Positions 23,636 to 36,194 of a stretch of DNA of 64,000 nucleotides are shown in pieces. A program made the position numbers and the translations under genes. Position 1 is the first letter of the stretch; each line of letters begins with the position of its first letter. Origin of the DNA: Octopus vulgaris (taxonomy: Eukaryota); NCBI GenBank assembly GCA_951406725.2, contig OX597836.1, positions 29,512,001-29,576,000 of the forward strand, read 5' to 3'. The notes beneath the pieces are model-generated. The model was not told where the DNA came from. It made no database searches and saw only the letters and a list, made by a program, of their open reading frames with translations.

Positions 23636-24632
23636 TATATATAAACACACACACAACTGTATATATATGTGTGTGTATATGTGTGCATGTATCCCACCAG
23701 CACTTGACAACTAGTATTGGTATATTTATGTCTCTGTAACTTAATGGTTCCACAAAAGAGGCTGATAAGGTACCAGGTTTTTTTTTTTAAAAAAAGGGGA
23801 CAGGGAATCAGTTTGTTCGACTGAACACTTCAAGGTGGTGCACCAGCATGGCCACAGTCCAATGAGTGAAAGAAATAAAATAAAAAAATAAAAAGATAAC
23901 TAACAGATAATGCTAAAGTTTGTGGAATAATTGTTAGAGAGGATCTGTAGCAATTATTTTTTTCCCTTTCTTTTAATGGCTTAGAAATAGAAGGTCAGCA
24001 ACCTATGACCTTTTGTAAAGCTTCTGAAGGTTTGACGTGGGGAAAAAGGGGGCAGAAATTATGACTCATGGATTGCTACAGCAGAAAAGTAGGAAATAAT
24101 TTATCACTGTATGCTCAAGACTAGGGACCTAGTTTGAATATTCAGGGCAGAGTGGACTCTTATGAAGACACAAAAGCTCCATTTATTAGCAGTAAGCCAG
24201 ATTCTTGGTAGATTTTTGATTACCATTCTAGAACTTATCCAGCTCAACCAATGGGCTTCAGTACAGTTCCCATCTACCAAATTCTCCTCACAAAACTATG
24301 GTAAAAGACACTCTACCAAGGTGTCATTGAACCTGGGACCATGTGATTGCAAAGTGAACTTCTTAACCACACAGCCACACCTGCACCCAATGCTCTGCCA
24401 CTGTTTTGTAGATAAGAGGATATTTTCCTTTTGAGAAAGCGCTCTCATTAGCAGTTCAACACCATTTATGGATATTTTAAATAGCATCGGCTTTGAAAAT
24501 GATGGCTTAATTGAAAAGAAAGAAAATAACAAAAAAAAAAAAAAAAAAAAAAAAAAATCAAACTCTGCATGCTGAAATAGTCAATGAATACAACAGTTCA
24601 ATAATAATAATAATAATAATAATAATACTCAC

Positions 24633-24823
24633 TTCAACAAACATATAGATAGAGAGTACAACCATTGCAAGATTATACAGAACCATGAAAATACGTATAT
24701 CAAAAGGTTTTCGATTTTTCATATATTTTGGTCCATAAATAACAAAGAGAATGTACATTGCTGTTAGAATCCATACTTTCAAGGGACTGCTTTCTAAGAA
24801 GAACCAGTCTTTTGTCCTTGGAT
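24633..24823 (-). CDS. elovl2/5: Elovl2/5 coding exon 2 ((D)PRTKDWFFLESSPLKVWILTAMYILFVIYGPKYMKNRKPFDIRIFMVLYNLAMVVLSIYMFVE)
   Basis: Long poly-T tract, then tatccag|AT CCA AGG...GTT GAA|gtgagt. 191 nt. Carries the ELO-family motifs DPRxxxW and GPKYMKNRKPF. Confidence 0.96.
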
Positions 24824-25559
24824 CTGGATATAAAAAAAAAAAAAAAGATAAAAAGAAAACAAAAAAATTTCATGAGAGAAAAAGACAAAAAAAGTTCATC
24901 TTTAGTTTTGTTTATAATCTTCGCTTTAGTACGAGATAGCATAAGAAGATATCGAAAACAATGCAAGGTAAACAATGTATTTTAAAATAAGTCAATAACA
25001 TTTGATTGATTCTCAGTAAAAAGATAACATCAGTTAATAACATTAAGATGAATTCAAAGTATTATTATATATCGTACAAAACACATCCATTAGAATGCTT
25101 TCCCTGCACTCACCTAAAATTAGCATCAATGGCGAAGACTTAAACATCTATGCAAAAGATTTGTAAGATAAGTTTTTTCAGGATTCCAATTAGAATGACC
25201 TATTAATGGTCTATTGGAGGGAATTATTAGCTACATCATTAGCTAGCTGCAAGGGATTATATGGCTATTTTAAGAAATACAGCTGAAAGAAAAGATATAT
25301 TAGGTATATTTATAATGGCAGCATTACACCTTATTTCAATAAGCTGGTTCTTATCTTCTGCTTGGATTCTGCTTGAGTTGTAAGAGGAAAACTTTTAAGC
25401 TTTACCTTGCTTCCAGATTTGGCCCAGATATATTTATCTGAGTGTAGTTGCTTGAAAGCGCTATCAGCTCAAGCTAATAAATCTGGAAACCAAATAGCAA
25501 ACTAATAACTATTGCTTATATAGGTCCACTCCAGCACCACAACTGTTGCTAGTCATCAT

Positions 25560-25661
25560 TGCCATCAGAACCACAACATCTATAAGCTAATAAGAGGAAC
25601 TTCTATTGTTTGCCATCAGAACCACAACATCTATAAGCTACTAAGAGGAACTTCTATTGTT
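25560..25661. repeat. 51-bp tandem duplication
   Basis: tgccatcagaaccacaacatctataagcta(a/c)taagaggaacttctattgtt twice, with one mismatch. Confidence 0.95.
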
Positions 25662-25866
25662 GTCTTTTGATCTGACAGAAATAGCAGCAAAACCTCTCTC
25701 AAATCAAATCCTGTGATTTAAGGCATGGCTGTGTGGTTTGAGAAGCTTGCTTCCTAACTATGTGGTCTTTGGTTCAGTCCCACTGCACAACACCTTGGGC
25801 AAGTATCTTTTACAGCCAAAAGTCTTATGGGTGGATTTGGTGGATGAAGGTTGAAGGAAGTCCATT

Positions 25867-25917
<51 letters not shown>

Positions 25918-26826
25918 TGTGTGTTTATGGGTTTTTTTTCCTCCACTACTGCTGTACAACTGGTGATGGTTTGTTTACATCCCCATAGCTAAGATACAGA
26001 GATGTAAACAAGTACCAGGCTTTAAGAAAATAATAAATACTGAGGCCGGTTTGTGTGACTATCCTTCAATGAAGTGCTCCATCTTGGTCATAATCCAATG
26101 AGTAAAACAAGTAGAAGATGAAAGGAAAGATGGAAAGATACATTGGATGATGTAGTCCTGGGTCAGTTATATAAAATTTATGACAAGCATGTGAACAGGA
26201 CATGCTGCAAGTTTTCCAGCAAAACAGTAAAAATGTGATGAATTTTGACAAAAGAAAAGACAAAACAAAAACGTTTTCCTTGCACTACTGCATTGTGAGG
26301 TTACAAAAACAGCTTACCAAAACTAAAATACATGTATACTTATAAGTGACACTATAATAACAGGATTATTAAAGAAATTAAAAGAGAGCCGGAGGCATGT
26401 TTAAAATCATTGTCCTAGACTCAGAGTGCTTGAAAAACAAAAACCAGGGCAATCATGACTAGAATGTCTTTGATAATATATCCGCTCGGTCATGGCTGAA
26501 ACCTTAGCCTTTAACCTTTTTGATACCAACCGACTCTGGCTCTGTAGTACAAATGATAACTAATGATAGCTTAATGATAACTAAGTTATTTTATTAAATT
26601 CTTACCCTTTTGATATCAACCTGGCTGAAACCAGCTCTGGCTCTGTAGTATAAATGTCTTGTTTACAAAAGTTCTGAATTAAAATCTTCCACTAAAACTT
26701 AGTCACAATTTATGTTTCTAACACTAGCTGAATGATAACTAAGTTATCTTACTAAATTCTATAAATTTGATTTGATTCACATGCTGCAAAACATTTTGCA
26801 GGCCTCCAACAGAAACTCGTCTCTTT

Positions 26827-27041
26827 TGGCGAGCTGGCAGAAACGTTAGCATGCTGGGCAAAATGCTTATGGATATTTCATCTGCCGTTATGTTCTGAGT
26901 TCAAATTCTGCCGAGGTCAACTTTGCCTTTCATCCTTTCGGGGTCAATAAATTAAGTACCAATTATGCACTGGGGTCGATGTAATCGACTTAATCCGTTT
27001 GTCCCCTCTATGTTTAGCCCCTTGTGGGCAATAAAGAAATA
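26827..27041 (+). mobile_element. SINE family B with 16-bp TSD
   Basis: TSD agaaactcgtctcttt at 26811-26826 and 27042-27057. Confidence 0.9.
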
Positions 27042-27769
27042 AGAAACTCGTCTCTTTCAGGCTATAGATTACTGAGTGAAGAGATACAGGAAGTCCAAAA
27101 TCTCTATCGGCAGTTAGGCTGCTATTGGCCCAGGCAGGTCACATGGTGTTGTCAGAGAATATAAGTTGCTTAGTGACACCAGTTTATTTAGAAAGAGGAA
27201 TTTCTTTGACCATGTGGTTGGACAGAGCATCTCAACAGAAATCATCATCATCATCGTTTAACGTCTGCTTTCCATGCTAGCATGGGTTGGACGATTTTGA
27301 CTGAGGGCTGGCGAACCAGATGGCTGCACCAGGCTCCAATCTTGATTTGGCAGAGTTTCTACAGCTGGATGCCCTTCCTAACGCCAACCACTCCGAGAGT
27401 GTAGCGGGTGCTTTTTACGTGCCACCGGCACGGGTAACAAAAGGGTTAAACTGGCCAAGTCCAGTGCAAGTATCCTACTAGTTTTATGTTCAAACCAACC
27501 AGATCTGGCCTTTCATAGCTACCCTATAATGTCATTCTAAAGATACAAAGTCACATCATCAAAATCTCAAAGCTACAAGATAATCCATGATTAATTCCAA
27601 ACCATGTGAATAAATGTGAATAAACAGCAACAACATAACCTATGATGAAATCACAATGTAGATGCTCTTCATGGTAGAAACCTTCAAATTGCACCAAATC
27701 ATCTTAAAAAAAAGAGAAGAAATCTACAGAATTATGTAGCCCTAGACCAGCAGTGAGTTATATGAGACA

Positions 27770-28020
27770 CTAGCAGTATAACCCGGCCTTGCCCAGGATT
27801 AAGTTACAATTATTAAGCTGATATTTGTTATGGTTAAAAGCTATGGTTGAAAACAGATTTTTACCCTATCCGCGGGTGCCTCGGGAAAAAAATAAGTTGA
27901 CAAAACCCAGATAGGATGTTGACAAATGTCCTCCTAAAATTTGAGCGACAAGCATGCTAATTTGTGGATTTGCATAAATTACAATCACATACACACACAT
28001 CCTCCCTTTTATAGATATGA
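27770..28020 (-). mobile_element. Non-autonomous Helitron
   Basis: Minus strand reads A|TC...cctgggcaaggccggg ttatactg CTAG|T, with no TSD. Confidence 0.75.
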
Positions 28021-28369
28021 TGGCTATCATCAAGTGGGCTGAACTACTAACAAGTGTCACCAGTTTCCTGTCCAGCCACATGGTCAAAGAAATTCCTCTT
28101 TTTAAACAAACGGGTGTCACTGAGAAACTGATATTCTCTGACAACACCATGTGACTTGCCTTAGCCAATAGCAGCTTAATTTCTGATAGTGATTTTGGAC
28201 TTCCTGTATCTATCCCTTTGGTAATCTATAGCCTGAAAGAGACAAGTCTCTGTTGGTGGCTTGCGAAATGTTTTGCAGCATGGAACCAAATCAAATTATT
28301 TTGAATAATACATGTAACTCCTAACAAATGTGTTGAGTGCCACCTCCTATTTGTCCACCTGTTCATTTA

Positions 28370-28404
<35 letters not shown>

Positions 28405-28742
28405 ATATATATCTATATCACCGGGACCGACCAGGCTATCAGATGTTGCTACACATCACTGGTCACAATGCGCTTCACATTGTTTTAGTCTTCAAATGAC
28501 ACCACCACGCTAGCTAAGCAAGCAGGCCAACAGAAGAAAGAGTGAGAGAAAGTAGCGGAGAAAGAGTACAGCAGGGATCACCACCACTCCCTGCTGGAGC
28601 CTCGTGGAGCTTTTAGGTGTTTTCACTCAATAAACACTCACAAGGCCCGGTCTGTGAATCAAAACCACGATCCTACAACCGCGAGTCCGCTGCCCTAACC
28701 ACTGGGCCATTACGCCTCCACACACACACACACATATATAGT

Positions 28743-28798
<56 letters not shown>

Positions 28799-28815
28799 CA
28801 CACACACACATATAC

Positions 28816-29285
28816 ATGAGCAGAATTTAAGCTAGTTGAAATATGTTTGTCACATATTTTCAACTGCTAAAAGGGAAATACACAGCAGTTACCATGGAGA
28901 AATAATCTCTCTCAAGGCAAAAAAAGTGTGAAAACATTCATTTCATTCAGTGTCACTATCCATTAGGAATCCTACACAACGATGTTTCAAGTTTTTTGAC
29001 TCTTGTCAATGAGATCTACTTAAGCGAGGCAACTCTGAAAGAACTTAATAAAGCTGTTGCTTTATGTATAATTCTGTCGACACATTGACTGATTTGCGCT
29101 AGTAGAATTGCCCAAAGGAGGTAAACAACAAAGTGTTAGCATGTAGCAGTGTTTAGGTAAAGGCAGAATTTACCATAAGAGAGATTTTTCTCCATGGTAA
29201 CTGCAGTGTATTTGCCTTTTAGCAGTTGAAGTATGTGACGAGCATATTTCAACTAGCCTAAATTCTGCGCATACCTAAACACTGC
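28816..29285. mobile_element. MITE with ~100-bp inverted arms
   Basis: 28816-28912 is the reverse complement of ~29178-29272. Confidence 0.75.
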
Positions 29286-29475
29286 AAGATTGGGGGTGGG
29301 AGTCCATGTAAGATTGGGAGGGGGGGTCCACGCAAGTAGAATAATAAATTAAGGATCCACAGGGGTCTTTTAATGGTCCATGAAAATTTTTGTCTTAGAT
29401 GTATTTACAGCAAGAAACAATGAGGTTTCTTTCTCAAACATTTTTCATAGTTCAATCTAACACAAGTTAATATGC

Positions 29476-29873
29476 TCTCTTTTTAACTCTTTTACTTGTT
29501 TCAGTCATTTGACTGCGGCCATGCTGGAGCACCGCCTTTAATCGAGCAACTCGACCCCAGGACTTATTCTTTTGTAAGCCCAGTACTTATTCTATCGGTC
29601 TCTTTTGCCGAACCGCTAAGTAACAGGGACATAAACACACCAGCATAGGTTGTCAAGCAATGCTAGGGGGACAAACACAGACACACAAACACACACATAT
29701 ATATGTATACATATATACGACGGGCTTCTTTCAGTTTCCGTCTACCAAATCCACTCACAAGGCTTTGGTCGGCCTGAGGCTATAGTAGAAGACACTTGCC
29801 CAAGGTGCCACGCAGTGGGACTGAACCCGAAACCATGTGGTTAGTAAACAAGCTACTTACCACACAGCCACTC
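29476..29873 (-). mobile_element. SINE family A
   Basis: Near-identical to the copies at 32014-32416, 36925-37325 and 40543-40899. Confidence 0.88.
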
Positions 29874-31030
29874 AAAACAAAGTAGGGATTTTGGAAGAAG
29901 TATCTATAAAACTAGCTTCTAAACATCAAATAGCTGTGGGGGTCCACTAGAGTAAAATAGTAATTCAAAGGGGTCCACAGATAAGAAACTGATTGAGAAA
30001 CACTGGACTAAACCTTTCAAGGCGGTGCCCCAGCATGGCCAAAATCCAATGACAGAAACAAATAAAGGAAGAAAGAAGTACTTTATATCCATTTTGTAAT
30101 CTTCAGTTGTTTATTTAGACACCCAGGTCAGTATTGATCCAGCAATGCTATGATCAAAGGCATTCCTGTCATTCTTACTATATCAACAAAGTGTATCTAG
30201 GACCACACTATCTAAGTGGCCTTCTTTTTTTAATAGAAGATTTGTATCCTATTTCTAAAAGGCCAAGCAACCAAATGGAATCTCCTTCATTGCAGCAATC
30301 TTCAGTTGTAGTTAGGTCTTTTCAGTCAGGGCTGACCTGGGCTATGATCAAAAACATTCCAGTTATGACCATCCCATCTGTAATATCCATAACTGTCCAA
30401 TATTCCTTATTTAAAATGATAGTTGCTTGATTTGAATAAGATTTGACTGCTATTTCTACTAGGCTGAGTGACCGTGTTGAGGCTCTGTTTAGTTAATAGT
30501 GATGCAAAATTTAAACATTGGTTTGTATTGTTAGGTTCATTATGGTCTTAAAAGATTCCCGCCTTAATCACTAAAGCCTATTTATTTACATAAGAATTTA
30601 GTATTTTAATCCTTTTTGTAGCATATCCAGTTCGTAGCATATGTGTGAATGTGTATGTGTGTGCAATCATCATCATCATTTTGATGTCCACTTTTTAATG
30701 CATTGTATGAATCAGATGGAGTTTATTTGAGGCAGATTTTCTATGACCAGGTGCCCTTCTTGTCACCTGTTTCCAGGCAACCTAATATTTCCCCATGATC
30801 GGATATGGTCTTCAAGGATATTGGAAATGACACTGCTGGTATGAATGAAACTCATTTACATGCAATGTCAAGGCAAGAGCACACACACAACGACAAGCTT
30901 CTTTTAGTTTCCTATTTCTTTATTGCCCACAGGGGGCTAAACATAGAGAGGACAAACAAGGACAGACAAAGGGATTAAGTCGATTCCATCGACCCCAGTG
31001 CATAACTGGTACTTAATTTATTGACCCTGA

Positions 31031-31300
31031 TACATACATATACATACATACATACACATGAATACACATACATACATCCACATGAATACACATACATACA
31101 TCCACATGAATACACATACATACATCCACATGAATACACATACATACATACACATGAATACACATACATACACATGAATACACATACATACATCCACATG
31201 AATACACATACATACATACATACATATACATACATACACATACATACATATACATGAATACATATACATACATACATATATACACACACACACACATGTA
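31031..31300. repeat. 18-22-bp minisatellite (catgaatacacatacatacatc-like)
   Basis: Directly visible; source of several false ORFs. Confidence 0.95.
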
Positions 31301-31304
31301 TATA

Positions 31305-31971
31305 CAAGATCTGTTCAAAAAGTATTGAAACTAGTGCTATATAAAAAGCCTACAATGCATATCAATTTGGCATTTAATCTCTTTCAAAGTAGTTCCTTTC
31401 CAAAACAACACATTTTATCCAGTGTCATTTCCACTGATGGAAACATTCCTGGAACTCCTTTTTGTGGGGGATAGCAAGCAACTGCCCTATCACATTCTCT
31501 TAGATTTCCCCTACATCTTGAAATCTTGTTGGGGGTTTTCTATTGCAAAGACTGAGCCTTGGTTTCGGGATCTTAGCCATAGACCCATGATTCATTATCT
31601 GTCAGGACCATTTTCAAAAGGTTTTCATCAACCTCGACACAATCAAGATTCTGTACAGTTGAAACCCAATTTTCGTTTTGAAACGACCACACTCTACACA
31701 CTTTACTTTCAAGCACTGTTATAAACAACAGAAGTGAATGAGAATGTTATAACTCGGTGTGCATGTGAGACAGAGTTCAAGGTTAGTCTGTGCCAAGCAG
31801 TTTCACTCTGTGTACTTTAATTTCCAAGCAATGCTGTAAATAATGAAAGCGAGAACATTAAACTTGGTGCGCATTACACAACAGTGTTCAATCTGTGCCA
31901 AGTGGCTTCACTCTAACGACTTTAGCTCCGTTACCATAGCAACAGTCTTGATACTTTTGGATCAGACCTGG
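31305..31971 (-). mobile_element. Deleted mariner element
   Basis: TA|caagatctgttcaaaaagtattgaaact...agtcttgatacttttggatcagacctg TIRs. Minus strand keeps a transposase C-terminus (FQDVGEI...EFQECFHQWK*HWIKCV...NYFE). Confidence 0.75.
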
Positions 31972-32013
31972 TGTGTATGTGTATATATACACACACACAG
32001 ACACACACACAAT

Positions 32014-32416
32014 ACTCTTTACTCTCTTTTACTTGTTTCAGTCATTTGACTGCAGCCATGCTCGAGTACCGCCTTTAATCGAGCAACTCAACCCCGGGAC
32101 TTATTCTTTTGTAAGCCCAGTACTTATTCTATCGGTCTCTTTTGCCGAACCGCTAAGTAACGGGGACATAAACACACCAGCATCAGTTGTCAAGCAATGC
32201 TAGGGGGACAAACACAGACACACAAACACACATATATATATATATATACACACATATATACAACAGGCTTCTTTCAGTTTCCGTCTACCAAATCCACTCA
32301 CAAGGCTTTAGTCGGCCTGAGGCTATAGTAGAAGACACTTGTCCAAGGTGCCACACAGTGGGACTGAACCCGGAACCATGTGGTTGGTAAACAAGCTACT
32401 TACCACACAGCCACTC
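32014..32416 (-). mobile_element. SINE family A
   Basis: Same head, microsatellite and tail organisation as the other copies. Confidence 0.88.
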
Positions 32417-32889
32417 ATTCTTCATGTTCACTTTTCCATGCTTGCAGGTAACAGACAAAACTTGTGGTGGTGATGAGATAGTGGAGATGATGATGATGAT
32501 GATGATAGCAATAACAACAATGGTAGTGGTGGTGGTGGTGATGACCTAACTGTTAGCTTTTAGAATGATATTGTAGGGTAGGTGTGAGGGGCTGGATCTG
32601 GCCTGTTTGAACATAAAACAGGTAGAATATTTCACCCAGTTTAAATGCTAAGGGGTTAATGTCGGTATTGATGATGTCATTGTTGCTGTTGATGTGCAAT
32701 CTTTATTTCAATGTTGCTGACGTTGACTTCGTTTAGTTGTCGTCAGGTTTTTCCTATTGACAGCTCTCGTCTATAGAATATTTTCCCTAAACCTTCAAAC
32801 AATGAACAACTAAAAGGCTCAGCACATTTTCCCAGAAGATTGTCAACAAATGAATCCCTGAGCATGTAACAGTGATTTTGCTTATATAT

Positions 32890-33160
32890 AATAATGAAAT
32901 TATTATATACAGTGCTCAGGTGCACCACAACTTGTCAGAAAGTGCGTATAAAGTATATGCAGTAATGTACAAATGTCTAGAAAGCGAACAATGTATGAGT
33001 CAAATACATGCTTGTGTGTGTATGGAGGGAGAAAATCAGGTGTAGTGTTGGCGAATCTCAGAAAGCATGGAAGTTTTGAAGGATGCAGTGCTCCGACAAC
33101 TAACAAACTGATGCCAGCAGTTTGTTCCATGCTTCAGCAACTCTCAGCGTGAAAAAATAT
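32890..33160 (-). mobile_element. CR1-type LINE 3' end
   Basis: Minus strand reads FFTLRVAEAWNKLLASV..., followed by a 3' UTR and ATT tail. Related copies at 38150-38465 and ~7250-7320. Confidence 0.75.
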
Positions 33161-33984
33161 TACATCCAGCATGCAAATGTCATGACAAGGAGACAACACA
33201 GACACATATTCACATCTTGACAACAGCCATCCTTAATATACAAATAGAAAGCACAGTGGCAGCTGCGTTACCTTTGTTCATAGGTCTGCTGGATCAGAAC
33301 TGATCTGGGGCTAAACAGCAGCTCTTTGTTTTAAGGATGAAAGTCACCTCTTAAAATTTACTGACAACTTGCAATAGGCCCACAAGGGGAAGAAGCAACA
33401 AGTAGATTACAATGAGATAACAAGTAGATGGAGACTGAATATAGATCAATCTAAAATAAGTGGATGAGAAAGAGGGAGGAGAAGGAAAGAAAGGAGATAT
33501 AGAAGAGAGACAAATAGAGATGCATGGCTATGTAATTAAGAAGCTCGTTTTGCAACCTTGTGGTTTTGGGTTCAATCTCACCGTGTGGCATCTTGAGCCT
33601 GAGTTTTCTACAATAACCCCAGACCAATCAACGCCTTGTGAGTAGATTTGACAGACAGAAGCTGTGTGTATGTAAAGGCAGCGAACTGACAGAATCGTTA
33701 ACACGCCAGGCGAAATGCTTAGCAGTATTTTGTCTGTCTTTAGGTTCTGAGTTCAAATTCCGCCGCGGTCAGCTTTGCCTTTCATCCTTCCGGGATTGAT
33801 AAATTAAGTACCGGTTGCACACTGGGGTCGATGTAATCGACTTAATCCCTTTGTCTGTCCTTGTTTGTCCCCTCTATGTTTAGCCCAGGTATTCACAAGC
33901 AGAGTTTCATGTCCAATGAAAGAAAGGTATGCATAAGTGGGCTGGTTACACCCCTGGTATAGGCCAAACATACATTTACCAAAA

Positions 33985-34380
33985 TTACATTAAAATATCT
34001 TGAAATACTAAGGAATAAATTTATTCAATAAAATCAACATTGGCTTCAACCACGGCCTCCAGACGACTTCAGAATATCGTGCAACTCTTCTGGATGGTCT
34101 CCTTGTTTAAGTTGGTGAATGTTGCCATAATCCTGGCATTCAGTTCATTTTTGTTGTGTTATAAGCAGTTTTGTTGGTCTCTCACTCAACTATGCCCCAC
34201 ACATAATAATCAAGGGGGTTGCAGTCTGGGGAGTTAGATGGCCAGACTTTAGGAGTGATGTGATAACAGAAATTGTCTGACAGCCATGACTGGGATCTCT
34301 TGTTTGTGTGGTATGGTGTAGAGTCCTGTTGCCAGATATAGGGTCTTCTGGCAGCCATCCTCTTGACCCAGGGCACACTG
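33985..34380 (-). mobile_element. maT/DD37D transposase C-terminal fragment
   Basis: WQQD-(37 aa)-D in ...WPSNSPDCNPLDYYVWG, followed by decayed ...SRLEAVVEANVDFIE*. Confidence 0.85.
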
Positions 34381-34709
34381 TTCCATTGATTGTGAATCCA
34401 CTGATAACTGACTGAGAAATTTCCAGCTACCAACTGGTTGAAATAGCTTATTTCCCATATGACAGATTTGCCATGTTTTTGTTATATCAATAAAATACTT
34501 TTATTTGTTCATTAACACTTACACTTCATTAAAAATAACTACCATCTTTGCTTTTGTTTTATACATATAAAACTGGATATGAAAATGTCATGTGCTGTTA
34601 CACATGAATAGACGAAAACACAACATGTTCTGCACAAAACAACAGATGCCTGAGTGATGCAGAAGCTAAGAATTTTTTTCAACAACCAATCGAATCTCTA
34701 TGTACACAC

Positions 34710-35270
34710 CATACTTTCCAGCATACAAGTCAAATCTTCCAGAACAAAATTTACCAAAAAAAAAAGGAGGGGGGGGTCAACTTATACATTGAGTCTTTGG
34801 AGGACCAAAAATTCCATGTGAAATGCAGCAGGATTTACAAAGAGAGTGACAATGTTCGAACATTTATACGATACACTGCATCAGCTTGTATGTTGTAAAA
34901 TACTTATATGTATGTTGGAGTCACTAGGTCTGTTAGAAATAGCAGCTAAATCTCTTTCAAATTGCACCCTTCAGTCTTATATATAGCATACCATATTTTC
35001 TAGCATACAAGTCAAATCTTCCAAAACAAAATTTACACACAAAAAGAAAAGCATGTCAACTTATTGACCCTTCAGTCTTATTATATAACATACCATATTT
35101 TCAGGCATACAAGTCAAATTTTTCAGATCAAAATTTACCACCAAAAAAGGTAGTTTGACTTCTACACCAAAATGGCATTAGAAGACTAAAAATTCCATTT
35201 TGAAATGCAGCAGAATTTGAAAAAATAGTGATGATGTTTGACTGTTTGCACTAAATATTTACACTATATA
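34710..35270 (+). mobile_element. Three tandem pogo-like left-end fragments
   Basis: (t)accata(c/t)ttt...gcatacaagtcaaat recurs near 34708, 34989 and 35091. Related copies at ~4370-4560 and ~47530-47710. Confidence 0.55.
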
Positions 35271-35494
35271 CTGTGTCAAAAATACAGTAGTGACTATTCA
35301 TATTTTGATGTGATTACAAATATTTTTTCTTATATATTGTTACACTGCTTCTTTACTTCAAATCATTTGAATGAATAATCAACACATCCTAGATTTCTTC
35401 ACATTTTCGTTTTTCTCTTTTTTTTATTTTTTCCTTCCCCGCCTTCTCCCCTGAAAGAAATCAAACTTTTATGACTCTTGGCTCATTAACTTAC

Positions 35495-35555
35495 CTGCAG
35501 TTGTATCAGAAGTATAGTCAATTTTCTGTAGTAGAGCTTGCACAACGTCCGCCAT
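35495..35555 (-). CDS. elovl2/5: PUFA elongase Elovl2/5, coding exon 1 (MADVVQALLQKIDYTSDTTA + G of split Asp codon)
   Basis: Minus strand reads cttcttgtttcag|AA ATG GCG GAC...ACT GCA G|gtaagt. 61 nt, phase 1, joins the AT of the next exon to make the Asp of the conserved DPR motif. The acceptor 2 nt before the ATG implies an upstream non-coding exon. Confidence 0.85.
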
Positions 35556-36109
35556 TTCTGAAACAAGAAGGAAGGCAAATATACATTAACACACTGCATA
35601 ATAACAATCCAAATATGGAAATAGGTTGTTCACTGAGAGGAAATTTAACACTTTTTGATAACAACCAGCCTGAGATATCCTTCATTTTAAAATGTTCAAA
35701 TTTAAAATAAAACCTTTCATTATAATTTTATGTGACAGAACCTTTTATTTAAGTTACAAATTCTTAATCATTTTGAAAATTAATTGAAACATAAAACAGT
35801 GAATTTCATAAGGAATATCGTCACAAAAGGGTTTTAAAAATTTTAATATGTATTTTTCAGGAATAATCCATTTATTTTGTGGCTATTAAAGAATAACCAA
35901 CTCTATACTCTTTTACTTGTTTCAGTCATTTGACTGTGGCCATGCTGGAGCACCGCCTTAAGTCAAGCAAATCGACCCCAGGATTTACACTTTGTAAGCC
36001 TAGTACTTATTCTATCAGTCTCTTATGCTGAACCGCTAAGCCACAGGGACGTAAACACACCACCCTTCGGTTGTCAAGCGATGTTGGGGGGACAAACACA
36101 GACACACAA

Positions 36110-36194
<85 letters not shown>

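Noticed and set aside
30975-31318. Cys/Met/Val-rich, metallothionein-looking ORFs
   Set aside because: They are translations of a minisatellite derived from CATA/CA microsatellite.
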